DNA of 63,551 bases, counting the filler, from Kipferlia bialata (Eukaryota), in the NCBI GenBank assembly GCA_003568945.1. It is 4 parts of 4 records of this genome, joined end to end, with 100 filler letters (N's around TTAATTAATTAA, not from the genome) between each part and the next. Parts side by side here need not be neighbours in the genome. Positions count along the whole stretch, not along the records: positions 27,244 to 54,353 come from BDIP01000173.1; 3 more parts are not named here. One strand, given 5' to 3'. Position 1 is the first letter of the stretch; the number at the start of each line of letters is the position of its first letter. The translations under genes and the position numbers were made by a program. The notes beneath the pieces were generated by a model. That model saw only the letters and a program-made list of their open reading frames with translations. It was not told the origin of the DNA and searched no databases. Positions 27,500 to 40,700 of this stretch are shown in pieces.

Positions 27500-30400
27500 A
27501 GGCTTCTTATGCATAGACACCATCCGTGCCATTCTGCATGGTGCCATGGGTCACAACCCCAATGACAGGGATGATGCACTGATGGAGTGTCCACTGGTAA
27601 GTGTCATATGTACTATATGGATAAATATATATATTTATGGATATACACGTGTATATACATCGTATGTATGTATAGAGGCTACCCCAATGACAGGGAGGAT
27701 GCACTGATGGAGTGTCCACTGGTGAGTGTCATACTGCAGTATACCGTATATATGTATAGTGGCTGGTATGAGCACATGTATATGTACTAGGCAAGGGGTC
27801 TTGTACATATAGAGTACACTGTCTACATATCTTTCCAGATACTAGTGTTTACATCACTCATCGTAGACCACCTCTCTCATGCGTCTGGCCCTACCACTCC
27901 CACTGGACATGTCACACCCAGGTACTACCACTCTTTAGTATATATATATATATATCATCAATACACCGAGATACTATATGTATTTCCAGCCCCAGATATA
28001 TGTATATTATATATGGTTACATATATTAGTATATATATGTATATGTGTGTGTCATTCCCTCCCACTGGACATGTCACACCCAGGTACTGCTCTCTCTCTC
28101 TCTCTCTCTCCCTTGCTCTGTTGAGATATGACTATATGACTGTACTTTTCTATCACTACCATACTATAATACTCAGTGGCCAGCAAAATTGTCTCCCTCT
28201 CTCTCTCTCTCTCTTCTATATTTGTATCTACATATATGTGTATTTGTATTGTTGTCATGTTCTTATTGACAGTGGCCAGCAAGATTGCCTTCAGCGGTCT
28301 CATCAGTGGGGCAGAGGGAGGGGTGCAGGTATATATATATATATAAATATATAATGGACATATACACTTGGTAGTATATATATAGAGAGAGAGAGAGACT
28401 CATCAGTGGGACAGCGGGAGGGATTGCAGGTATATGATGTATATATTCATATGTATTCGTATATATGTACATATTGGCATTCCCTACCATATTTATATTT
28501 ATTGTTAGAAGTGTCTTTAGTCAGTGTGACTCATCAGTGGGACAAAGGGAGGGGTGCAGGTTGGTTCAACTACAGATGAGTTATATAATAATGTGTTACT
28601 CATGTATATAAGGATATTTGAATATCTCTACCTATCTCTCTCTCATCCTCTGTCTCTCTCTCACCCCCAGTACCGCATCGACAATGCTGCATCAGGCACA
28701 TTCACAATGGGGTGGGTGGCATGTATACTTGTCTGATATTAACAATGAAAGTATGCAAATATANNNNNNNNNNNNNNNNNNNNNNNNNNNNNNNNNNNNN
28801 NNNNNNNNNNNNNNNNNNNNNNNNNNNNNNTACAATATGTAAAGGTATATCCTATGGTGCAATGCCACACCAGGCACATTCACAATGGGGTGGGTGGCAT
28901 GTATCTCTGTGCCAATGCATAGTTAAACCTTATGAATACGAGGTACCAATTGTCTTTGTTCTACAATCTATTGTGCTTATCCTAGCTACACCTACAAGAA
29001 CCCCATCGAGGGAGTGGCAGCAGTCATCGAGGGGCCACTATCGGTACTAGCCACTCTGGAAGACACTGGCGCTAAGAGGAGATCTGCAGCGAGTGGCGGG
29101 GCTCTCTCCTACAACGTTGTGCGGAAGCTCTCTGGTGTGACTGCCGTGTATCATGAGAGACTGACAGGGCAGACCATTAGGAGGGGATTCACCGAGAAGG
29201 CAATGGAAGTGGCAAAGGTTAGGGATGCATCACCATGTATACATGATGTCACGGTGTGTAGTTACCTCAACGATTGCTATCGAGTCTAAGGACAGTTTGG
29301 CTGAGTGCTTTATCACCCAGCTGCCCCCTCTTGATGTAAATGAGTATATATTTCTATTGTGCTATGATACTCACAACCAGCGTATGACTGCTGCTGCCGA
29401 TGCTGACGGTGTGTCTGATGTGTGGCACCACCTGGGTGTGCTGGACACAGACACAGAGCACGTGCAGTTGATGGAGGTACAGTTGTACATATATTGATGA
29501 AAGTGTGTATATGGAGCACTAGTAAGTTGCGGTATCATGTACTGGTTGTGAGTGATACATAACCAGAGCATGTGCAGCGGATGGAGGTGCGGTGTTTACT
29601 ATGTCTATATATATATGTATTGTTTGGGCAGTCAGTAGAGACATATTCTAGTACATGTGCAGCGGATGGAGGTGTTTTGAAAACACCGTGTTTTCCCGTA
29701 TTTCATACATTGAAAGCATATTATGTTGTTGGGACATACAATTCTGACCTCAGGCCATGGCCTCTGTTGAGTCTGGTGTCTGTGCCGAGAGAGAGACCGA
29801 GGAGGGGGTGCCAACTGAGAGCAGGGCACAGTGGTACAACTACCTGGGTATGCAGCCATAGTGTATACAATTCAATTTATGGTGTACAACACACTATGGT
29901 TTCACGTATGTTATCTTATGTGGTTCCCGCAGCATAGAAGGCTCAACAGTAGCACTCCCACTTTATGTTATGATGATGGTTGCTGATCTATAGAATTGTG
30001 CTTTCTTCTTCTTTTCCCCTTATCATCCAGACCGTGCTGGTTTCTATGTCGACTACATCTGCTGTCAGATGGTCAAGAGAGGGGTCAATGAGAACACAGT
30101 CCTGTCATGCCTGGGGACACCCAGGGTTATAGAGGGGGAGGTATACTTTGAGTTGGTACTATCTAGCAAATCATCCCTAGTCCCTTACTCTTCATCCAGT
30201 ACATGGTTATGTCGCTGATTGTCTCTTGAAGAGACTCTTCTCATCTCAGTAAACATAACCATGTTGTCCTCTTCTCTACTGCCTCTCATTCTCAGATCAT
30301 GATGGGTCCCGTCTTCTACTATGGACCCAAGAGAGTGGCAGCATTCATGGAGAGGTGAGGTGACCTCAAAGATAGGACACAGTGATAGCACACATTTGTC

Positions 30401-31029
30401 TATATTCTCATTGCGAGTCTAGTAAAGCACGATCAAGAGTGTGTTTGTATTATAGTTGTAGTGTATGTCTTGAATCTCATTGCCAGGCTTGCCAAGCACG
30501 TGGGGTCTACAGATGAGGATAGAGAGGCCAGGATGGTGGAGTGTCTGCCAAGGGATGGCCAGTTCGTCACAATGGAGGTGGGGGGCCACTATTTTTAGTG
30601 ATATATAAACTACACTCCTTGAATATCTATCTGTCTCCCTGTTAACCTTCAACATGACGTGTCAAGTGTCAAGTCATACTCTTTACACCGGACACCGGGC
30701 AGAATGAGACTCACATTTAGTATCTATTTATACTGTTACACCTCTCACTCCCAGGAGTACATTGACAAGTTCCGTGACTATGCCCTGCTTCACACAAGGT
30801 ACACACACACACACCCTCTCTCTCCTGTCCTCTTTGATTCTTTTCATTCACATATCTGTATATATATCTGTATATGACGAATACTAATACCAGGTCCTTC
30901 CTCAAGACTCTTGAGTCAAGAGTTTGTGTATATATATTCCATGTTATGTACACTAATCCCAGGTCCTTCCTCAAGAGTGTTGAGTCAGCACACAAGAGGG
31001 GTATGGGAGTGCTAGCACACTTCCACTAA
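27500..31029 (+). CDS. Unidentified multi-exon protein (5' incomplete)
   Basis: Phase-consistent exon chain GFLCIDTIRAILHGAMGHNPNDRDDALMECPL|ILVFTSLIVD...|...YTYKNPIEGVAAVIEGPL...|LPPLD|RMTAAAD...|DRAGFYVDYICCQMVKRG...|IMMGPVFYYGPKRVAAFMER|...|SFLKSVESAHKRGMGVLAHFH-TAA. No family recognised. Confidence 0.6.
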
Positions 31030-31174
31030 ATTTACAGGTGGTTTCTATTCAATACTTACTCTGGAAAATTAAGTAACCGTCAAATGTAATAATGTTGTTG
31101 TCCAAAAATGGTGAATATAAGAGCAGTCAATACTGCGTAACACTCTATCCAACGCCTCATGGATGGTCTAGACT

Positions 31175-34093
31175 CTAGATGTCTTGGGGAGTTGTGATGA
31201 GTCTCAGTAGCCTAATTGTCGCGGCTGTTGCCTCTCTCACACTTTGAATATCATCACACACGTCATAACAATCTTCTGTAGTCTTCCCGTCCCAGTCACG
31301 GACTCCCCAAAAGTGCAGTCTGCCGCACCCGTGATTCACATGCTGCATCGCTCTCTGGACTCGGGTGTGCACGTTAAGGTCCCGCAGTACTGTGGCGAGT
31401 CCAGCTGTGGTTAATGACCACATACATCATTTACTTACGAAATGAACTCGGAAGAAGGACTCAAGTGACTAGTCAACTTATACAGTCAACACATAGGGTA
31501 CACGTTTCAATATATCTGAGTGACTTACGTTGCAGGGCCATTGCGGTCAGTGTCCCAATGCCATCCTTCACCACATTCACGCAATCTCCGTGTGACTTAA
31601 GGGACTTGATGATACCTGTCACCACTGTCGGGTGACACAATTGGGGGACATATGCTGAATCTGAAATGAGCAGGCAAAAGTCATTGGTATACGTAAGAGA
31701 ATACCATATTATTGTGTCCTAGTCACTAGTCAAGCTGTATTGCAAACAATCATTGATGATAGTGGATTCTTGTTAGGTTCTGTGGTGATAACCTCCGGAT
31801 ATGTGGGACACTAGTCTGCATAGTGTGAGTGCAGTCCCGAAAGGGATATGTCCAGATCTAGCTGGTATATCCAGCAGTGAGATTGCCAGTGGCATGTGGA
31901 ACTGCTGGGTGGCACAGAAGGCTCTCACATCGATGGTGTATGTGACACGACAGACAATCCGTGACACACTATCCTGGCGGGAGTTGAATGAGTTACTTGA
32001 ACAAGTAGAAGAACGTTACCTTCTACAGATACACGGAGGGGTTCCATTATCAGTAGTAGATACACGGGTTCGTATCCACTTGATATTATCAAATGAAAGT
32101 GTCATGAAAACAAATGGGACATTGAATTCCACGCACCGTGTGTGAGTAGAACATATCCGTAGTGGTCTCTAGCAGCTCCTCGGCAAATATAGTGTCCATC
32201 TCGAGGTAACCTGATAGGTAGGAAACTTGATATGTGGGTCATCTACTATCTGTGTGTCATGATTCACTAAGCGAACTTCGCAATTCTTCAAAGTGTGAAG
32301 TATATACAAATACGTCGATTAGTTATCCAACACTTCTGGTACCTGTGATCTGTGCCAAGATGTGCAGTATGTCAGTCGCCACCTTAGGACTGTCCGCCCG
32401 TCTCTTGAGGTGGTAAAGCAGGGGGATGTGTACACATGCCTTGGCATATAGGGAACACGTGACTGAACTGTACCCGTCGTCTGGTATTGGCATATAGATA
32501 TATCATATTCGTCTGTATCTTAGCTATTCTCTTCACACACTGTCTGGCGCAATATTGTTTGTATCATAGTATAGTATATAATGTATACTAAAGTCTTTAG
32601 TAAAGATTCTTGAAATAGGAATACTTCAGAACAATACCAATGATCTTAGGACTACTAATTGCAGCGTCACAACCCGTACCACGGTCGTATGTTGCCCTCA
32701 ATATGTGGTCCAGTGTGCCTATGCACCTGTCGACGATCTCGGTGGTCCCTGGGTTGGTCACTAGAAGGCCAGCAATGACAGGAACGATGTCTGATGGTAG
32801 CGTCCGTGTATGAGAATGTGCGTAGGAATCTGAAAGTGTATGCGTCGGATTATGCAACCCGGTATCGCGAATTGGTATAATACTCAGTATGTGAACTCAC
32901 CGTCGTAGTTTAGAAGCTCTGAGCAAGTCTGGTAGAAACCGTCTTCCTCACAACGAACTCCATACTCAATGAATCCCTCCAGGACACTGAGAGCGAGAAC
33001 AACCACTCCAATTGGTAAGCCCCTGATCTTTGAGGGCTGGAGTAAGTACCAAGGAGTGTGTTGGTCCATTGATAGAGTCATATAATAAGTGGATACATAT
33101 CATACCTGTAGAACACTGAGAACCACAGAGACCGGTTCAATCACCGTCAGGTCCTCTATGATGTCGTGGTTACACTCTGAGTCTAAGGGTTAGTAATACT
33201 AACTCAGTGTAATATACTGGAGGGTCAGCTCTCGCCTGTGACCACATATTGGCTTCGGCGTTGATCAGTGATCCAGTCAAATCACCAGAGAAGTGTAAGT
33301 ATACGTGCTATGAAATAGTAGCACAGTTGAACACCCAAGTGACTCACTCTTGCACTCTGCATCCAGCTCTGCTAGGATAGCTTGCGCCTCCGCAGAGAGT
33401 GCACCCGAGGGCTAGAGTTGGACATAATGATGCAAGTAGTTCAAATTGCATTTATGCAAGAGAGCTGATACACTCTTAGCACCGGGGGAATACATCGTGA
33501 CTCTTGGGGCAATACGGAAAGGTATAGTGAGCTTAGTGGAAAATACCATTTACCTGAAGAGAGAGCTCTGACTGCAGGGAGAGGATAAGCGTCTCCAAAC
33601 GGCTGACAGGACCATATCGCTCTCGGTTAGGGTCCTGGGTTGCCCCGACGGGGTAGCCGGTAGGAGTGTCACCATCCTCGTCGTCCCCTCTGGAGGAACC
33701 ATGGTGCTATGGGTGATATTGTGTCATACATATATACAGAGACTATTGAATACTATATATAAGTGTGGTAACAAAACTTACCAGACTTCCTGTAATAGTG
33801 AGGTAATATATATCTATGGTAGACGCCGTGTCGGTTACTTACACCCACCTGACTCAGTATTCTGGTGCACTGTGAGAACAGTATCTCCCTCCTGCAGATA
33901 GGGCAGTTCCGGTGTGTAGTGCTGTAGTTCTCTACCTCAGTCTCTAACCACTGCATCAGACATGGCTCGTGGAATGTGTGGTGGCAGGGTGTGACAGTAT
34001 ATGGGACGGGTTGGGCTGTGTTAGACGGAGTCAAGAGTTTATATTTTGAGGAGTTTAAGTACCTTGTCTGCAGATGGCACACTCTAAGTGCAT
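31175..34093 (-). CDS. RING-H2 E3 ligase-like protein with coiled coil and ARM/HEAT-like helical C-terminus
   Basis: ATG at 34093: MHLECAICRQ|AQPVPYTVTPCHHTFHEPCLMQWL...NCPICR is a C3H2C3 RING. It is followed by SRLETLILSLQSELSLQ and helical segments (VPVIAGLLVTNPGTTEIVDRCIGTLDHIL; VVTGIIKSLKSHGDCVNVVKDGIGTLTAMAL). Introns are short. The internal exon structure is only partly resolved. Confidence 0.7.
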
Positions 34094-34596
34094 TGTCACA
34101 GAGTGCAGGATATGTGGTGGGTAGAGACGGCATTGCATGACTGTCTCCTTCAATCCCCCACTGTAGTCGAGGGTTTCTACTCTGAGGGTCTCACTCTTAG
34201 AGTCTCTAACTGTTGTTGTGGTTCATCCTACAAGAGATGGTTTCGCCAGTAAGCAAGCCCAACCTATATGTGCGTAACGAAATGATACATGTTAGTGAAT
34301 TCTTGTGAATAGAGGCCAGTCACAAGAGTCTTGCTGGACATCAACCTTTCTTTGAAAGAAGTTCTTTCCCTCCAACAATAGACATAAACATCTGAAGGCA
34401 TGATCTATATAATTGTAGTATTGACTGGGAATCATCATTGCTTGTTCCTTGTAATATAATATGTATCTCTACTGACGTGGACATATAGCCGCCTGGTTCA
34501 CGAGACCAAACAGATACATGTACAGACAGAGAGATAGTATACTACCATATAGAAAGAAATGACATGTGACAGGGTTCCCTCCCACTAGTCCTCCCC

Positions 34597-35722
34597 TTAT
34601 ACGTTCTCCTCCTCCTCGTCCTCCTCCTTCTCTTGGTTCCTCTTCCTGGAACTGGTAAGAGCGAGGGTCCCAAGGAGACCCGCCCCTAGGACTCCAAGTC
34701 CTATTTCTATCTTGGTACCCCCCTCCAGAGCAGTCCATGCTTGCAGTACTGCCTGTGGGAATGACATGCTCTGTCTCTCTCTCTCCCTCTCTATCATGGC
34801 TATGGCCTCTCTCTCTCTCTCCTGCTGCAGTCTTAGACCGGCCAGCCTCTCTTCTTCTCTCTCCCTATCTCTCGCCTCCCCCTCTCTCCGTAGCCTCTCT
34901 CTTTCGGCCTCCATCCTCGCCTTCCTCTCCCTCTCCCTCTCTCTCTCCTCCGCCTTGGCTTTGAGAAGCTGTCTCTCCTTCTCTTCCTGGGCCAGCTTGG
35001 TCTGCCTCTCTCTCTCTCTCTCAGCCTCCTCTCTATCACGCTCTTGGGTAGCCAGGAGAGCAGCTCTCTCCCTCTCCCTCTTCCGTTTTCTCTGTCTCCT
35101 CCTCTTCTCTCTCTTCTTCTCCTGTCTCTGTCTCTCTCTCTCCATCTCTGCAGTCTCACCAAAGAGGCATGATATCTCGGGGACAGTGTGGTTGTTGGTA
35201 AGGCCCTCTAGAAGAGCGGGAAGCAGGTCCATTATGGCGTCTGGAACCGCCTCTCCATACTCCAGGTCCTCCCCGCCTCCAATTCTATCCAAATACAGAC
35301 CCTCCTCTGCAGACTTGATGTTGTACTCACACCAGGCAAGCACCACACCCTTAACCATCTCTTCCAGAGAAGAGCAGTCAAGAGCAGCAGACACATCTTG
35401 GAAGATGCGCTCTCTCTCTACTATGCCAATCTGTCTGTCCATGTTGGCTGGGTCTAGAGCGAAAACGGCGTCCCACAGAGCCCAGAGGCAGTTGTGGAGG
35501 AGGGTAGCAGGGTGAGCGGATATAGGGAGAGAGGGATACAGAGAGAGAGGAGAAGGACTCTGTGACTATATATACATGCATATTGTAATAATAGGATGGG
35601 GGAGTGGGGAGAGAGGGTATTGTGGGCCGCGTGAGAGAGATATACATCCCAGTACCTGTGTGGACAGGAGGCTGGTTGGGGTTGTTGGCGTGTGTGGCCT
35701 GGTTGAGTGCCCTCATGACACC
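34597..35722 (-). CDS. Hypothetical coiled-coil protein with C-terminal transmembrane helix (partial)
   Basis: The long last exon (ORF 34597-35442, open further upstream) has an E/R-rich coiled coil, then IEIGLGVLGAGLLGTLALTSS-RKRN and an acidic tail. The phase of the upstream exon at ~35722-35656 is unresolved. Confidence 0.55.
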
Positions 35723-36295
35723 CTGGACAGTCAGTACCAATATAAATAATACTCCGACTACTTTCATCCAATAATACACATGAGTGATACCCTGGACAGT
35801 CAGTGTAGTGATAGGACCCTCAAATATCATGGTGAATGACAAGCATGGATGACACTGACAGTCACTATCAGTATCATTAATCAATACGATTATCAGTAAT
35901 ATCAATCAGTAGAATAACACCCATGAATAACACATGTCAAGGGGGGGGGGGGGGGGGGGGAAAAAAAAACCCCCCGGCCCCCATTCCATCGGTCGGTATC
36001 ATCTCAACAAGGTCATTGTCAGTTTGTTCACATAGTCTCTCTATTCCCTGAAGGCTGCTATTAGCACAAGCATTATAGTATGCTCTCCCTCCCCCCCCCT
36101 CCCCCCTCCCCCTCTCCGTCTCACCCCTCACGTCCTGGTTCTGCATAGTACTACAAGTATATATCTACTCCCAACTGTTGTGTTAAAGACAGACCCCAGG
36201 TCCATCCTGGGTCTGCCCAGTCTCCCATGCGCCCTCAATCCCTATCTGTACCCCCCCCCCTCCGCCCCGCCTTCCTCCCCCTGTCTAACCCTTAG

Positions 36296-37487
36296 GTCCA
36301 TCCTGGATCTGCCCAGTCGTACATCCAGTCAGACACAGGGCACAGGGTACCAAGGACAGGTATATATCTATCCATCTATCTATCTATATATATATGAATT
36401 GGATAGTATGTATACACATTGATAGATGGAGTACATCCAGCCAGACACAGGGCACAGGGTACCAGGGGCAGGTGGGGATAATAGTCCTATACCTGCTATA
36501 CTTATGCTTATATATATTATACTTATATATATTATATATATGTATGACACCCATGTCTCACCCCCAGGCTGCCCCTTCCCAGAGACAGCAGAGGCTGGAG
36601 GCCAGGAAGAGAAGACGTACGTCACTTGGTATATATCTCACACAGGCTCTCCGTCCCTCTGTATGCATATAGTCATATATATATACTCTATATTTATATA
36701 CCCCTTACTCCTAGGCCAGGAGGGCTATGGCCCCCTTCCCATGCCCTCTCTCTATATATATGTATATCTCTGTCTATATATATATTTGTATATATATACA
36801 TATATACCCCTTACTCCTAGGCCAAGAGGACTATGACCCCCTGCCCATGCCCTCTCTGCAGAGGCAGGCACCATATGTGGGGGCTAGGCCACTCAGGTAT
36901 ATTGTGTATGAGTGTGTGTGTGGGCAGAGACATAAAGGGAGATGGAGAGATGGTAATATGCAGAGACCGTCCTCCAACCTTACTTGACGGAGTCCCATTG
37001 TGGAATAGGATATATATATGTGAATGTATGTCTTGTGCACCCACCTCACCCCAGGGCCTCCCACGCCCGTGCCCTTGTCAGACCAGACACCAAGGGGAAG
37101 GAGGTATGGACAGATATATGTGATATGCATATATGCCTATATACACAATAAGGGCAAGGAGGTGGCATAATGGATTTATGTGGACTCCACATTGTGGAGA
37201 TAGTATTGATGAAGCTACGTAGTGTCTGTCAATTCCTATATACTCACCCCCAGCCCCTGCTCCCTGTCAAACAGGAGCCCGGCACCTCTGGCATCAGCAC
37301 TGGAGTGACCGGTGCCATGACAGGTATATCATGTGTAGTATATCATATATATACCTGATACTGATACCTGTTACTGATAGATGACACTGATAGATGGTAC
37401 TGACGACAGGTGTAGTGGTGGATGCCAATGGGGCTAGGCACAGGGTGGTGCCTGAGTGGGAGGAGGCGCAGGTATAGACATATAGAT

Positions 37488-37519
<32 letters not shown>

Positions 37520-37739
37520 TATTATTTATATATATAGAGAGAGAGAGTGGTGCCAGAGTGGGAGGAGGCACAGGTACAGTTATATATATAGATATATACA
37601 CACACACACTTATATATATATATATAGAGAGAGAGAGAGATAGAGGTAGGCACAGGGTGGTGCCAGAGTGGGAGGAGGCACAGGTATAGAGAGATGTATA
37701 TATATACATATGTATATATATATATATATATATTACATG

Positions 37740-37778
<39 letters not shown>

Positions 37779-40700
37779 GCACAGGGTGGTGCCAGAGTGG
37801 GAGGAGGCACAGATATATACCCACACTCATATATAGAGAGAGATAGTGACCTAGTATTAATCTCCTCACCCCAGCCCCCTGCCCACCCCCTTCGGACTGA
37901 TGGATATATGTATACTAGCATGTGGTGTTACAGTGATATGTGTATGTGTTCCTATAACTTTGAACTCATCTTACCCCCCAGCCCCCTGCGCACCCCCTCC
38001 GGACATAAATATATATAAATATATATGATATATATATATATGATATATATATATATATGTACATGTGTCTATGGTTATTGTATATATTGTATATATTGTA
38101 TTTATTCCATATACATACCCCTTACCCCCCAGCCCCCTGCGCACCCCCTTCGGACTGATATGTATATATGTATATCCATGACCATATTGTACTATTAGTC
38201 TAACCCCAGCCCCCTGCCCACCCCCTGCGGACTGATGGGTATGCCCCCAGGGCATGGATGCACGGGGACCCAGACAGACAGCAGATGCAGAGAGAGGTGT
38301 GGATATATATTTATATACGTACATACATATAGATACAATACTATAGGTATGGATGCACGGGGACCCAGACAGACAGCAGATGCAGAGGGAGGTATATAGA
38401 TATAGATATATAGATACATATAGATATAGATATATAGATACATATAGATATATATATATATATATATACATATAGTAACACTACTATATATATATGTATG
38501 GATGCACGGGGACCCAGACCGGCAGCAGATGCAGAGGGAGGTAGGGATATATAGATATATGTATATTGATATATTGATACATATAGACACACTACAATAT
38601 ATATATATATATAGATGCACGGGGACCCAGACAGAAAGCAGATGCAGAGGGAGGTATAGGCATACTCTATATACTGATGGTATATATGGGTATATATATA
38701 TTTATGGATATATATGAATATGCACGGGGACCCAGACAGACAGCACATTCAGAGGGAGGTGTGAATATATATATATATACATACATATAGATACAATACT
38801 ATAGATATATATGCATGGGGACCCAGACAGACAGCAGATGCAGAGGGAGGTGTGGATATACTCTATATACTATACTGATGATATATATATATATATATGC
38901 ACGGGGACCCAGACAGACAGCAGATGCAGAGAGAGGTGTGGATATATTTATATATGTATATAGATATAGATACATATAGATACAATACTATAGGTATAGA
39001 TGCACGGGGACCCAGACAGACAGCAGGTGCAGAGGGAGGTAGGGGATACATAATCTACAATTTCCCCTCTATATACATACTTGTTCTAACCCTGAGTCCA
39101 TCTCGACTGAGTATGCCGCGAGAGTATACATTATACCCAACACATATAGACATATTAGTACTATCATCTATATCTCACTGTACTATATACTATGTGACCC
39201 TATCTAACCCCCAGTCCATCTCCGCTGAGTATGCGGCCCGGGTCCACCCAGTCGTGTTCCCACCCCTCACACACTCCACATACTTCCCAGTGCTGCAGGT
39301 ACAATGATTATTCAGATACTGAATCTTTCTAATTGTGTGTTTCTGTATCTGTTGATCACCATTCACCCTAGGAAAGCGACTGGACCACTAAGACTTCTGT
39401 ATCCATATTCATTACTCATTCTCTCTATATATGTGGTATATATATTGTTAGTGCTCTAACCCCCCCAGGACAGTGACTGGACCATTGAGGAGTATTAGTC
39501 TCCATATATATGCCTCTGTCTATATATATATATATGCTCTACCCCCAGGACAGTGACTGGACCACTAAGACTTCTACTCTATGTGTGCGTATTCATTACT
39601 CATTCTCTCTCTATATATCTATATATCTTTGTCCATGCTCTTACCCCCCAGGACAGCGACTGGACCATTGAGGAGACCAGGGGGGTGGTGGATGCTATGG
39701 TCAGGGTGAGGATATATATGAGGATATAGTATATACCGAGGACAGATAGGACATTAGATATTGGGTATAGGATATAAGTGTACATATGGGTCCGATACTT
39801 GGCCAATGGTCAGGGTACGGATGTGTGGATACGTATATATGCATATATACAAAATGGACATAAAGACATAGGTCATAGGATATAGGGGTGTGGTGTTTAC
39901 ATTGGTTAGGGTACGGATGTGTTAGTATGGATATAGATTTTTATATCCCTGCATGGACCTCATTCGCCTCATGTATATATATATATATCTTATGTATACG
40001 TCCCCCCCCCCCCACCCCAGGCTGACCTTAACCCAACTGTGGCAAGAGAGCTGTACAAGTTCAAGGTGGGTGTTGTATGTATAGTATATACAGATGTTCA
40101 AGGTGGGTGGTATATATGATGATACTGATGACACTGAGCTATATAGGTTCAAGGTATGTATATTCTGATACTGATGTATTGTGTGTATGTGAAAGCATCA
40201 TCAGTAGCTGATACTGATATCGTACAAGTTCAAGGTCTGCATATACAGATATATATAGTATATACAGATGTGTATAGTGTACAGATGAATACAAGTTCAA
40301 GGTTAGCAAAAATGTGAATCTGTCTCTTCCTCTGATATATATACGTTTTCAATATATTCCCTCCCAACACCAGGACCGATGTGAGGCATCTCTGCTCTGA
40401 AGAGGTTCCAAAATGCGTATAGTATAGGGTATATGCATACACCCATATATCAAAATTTGTCTCACCCTAGGATAGATGTGAGGCGTCTCTGCTGAAGAGG
40501 TTCCAGGATGTATGCACCCTGTATGTGGAGCTGGCCAACAAGGGCAAGCTCAAGGAGGCATCTATGGGTGAGTGTATATATATCATGTATGTCATATATA
40601 CAGATGGAGTCGTCAATGGGTGAGTATATATATATATATACCATATGGGCAAGCTCAAGGAGGCATCTATGGGTGAGTGGTATGTAGCATGGTGTGACAT

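Noticed and set aside
34712..35515. 267-aa plus-strand ORF and the many Y/I/S/L-rich ORFs in the track
   Set aside because: This ORF is the antisense shadow of the (GA)-rich minus-strand gene. The others are translations of (TA)n/(CT)n introns.
38257..39042. CRISPR-like array of ~42-nt repeats with spacers
   Set aside because: The repeat is an exon end plus GT donor. Spacers are low-complexity, related to each other and variable in length. The context is eukaryotic and no cas genes are present.
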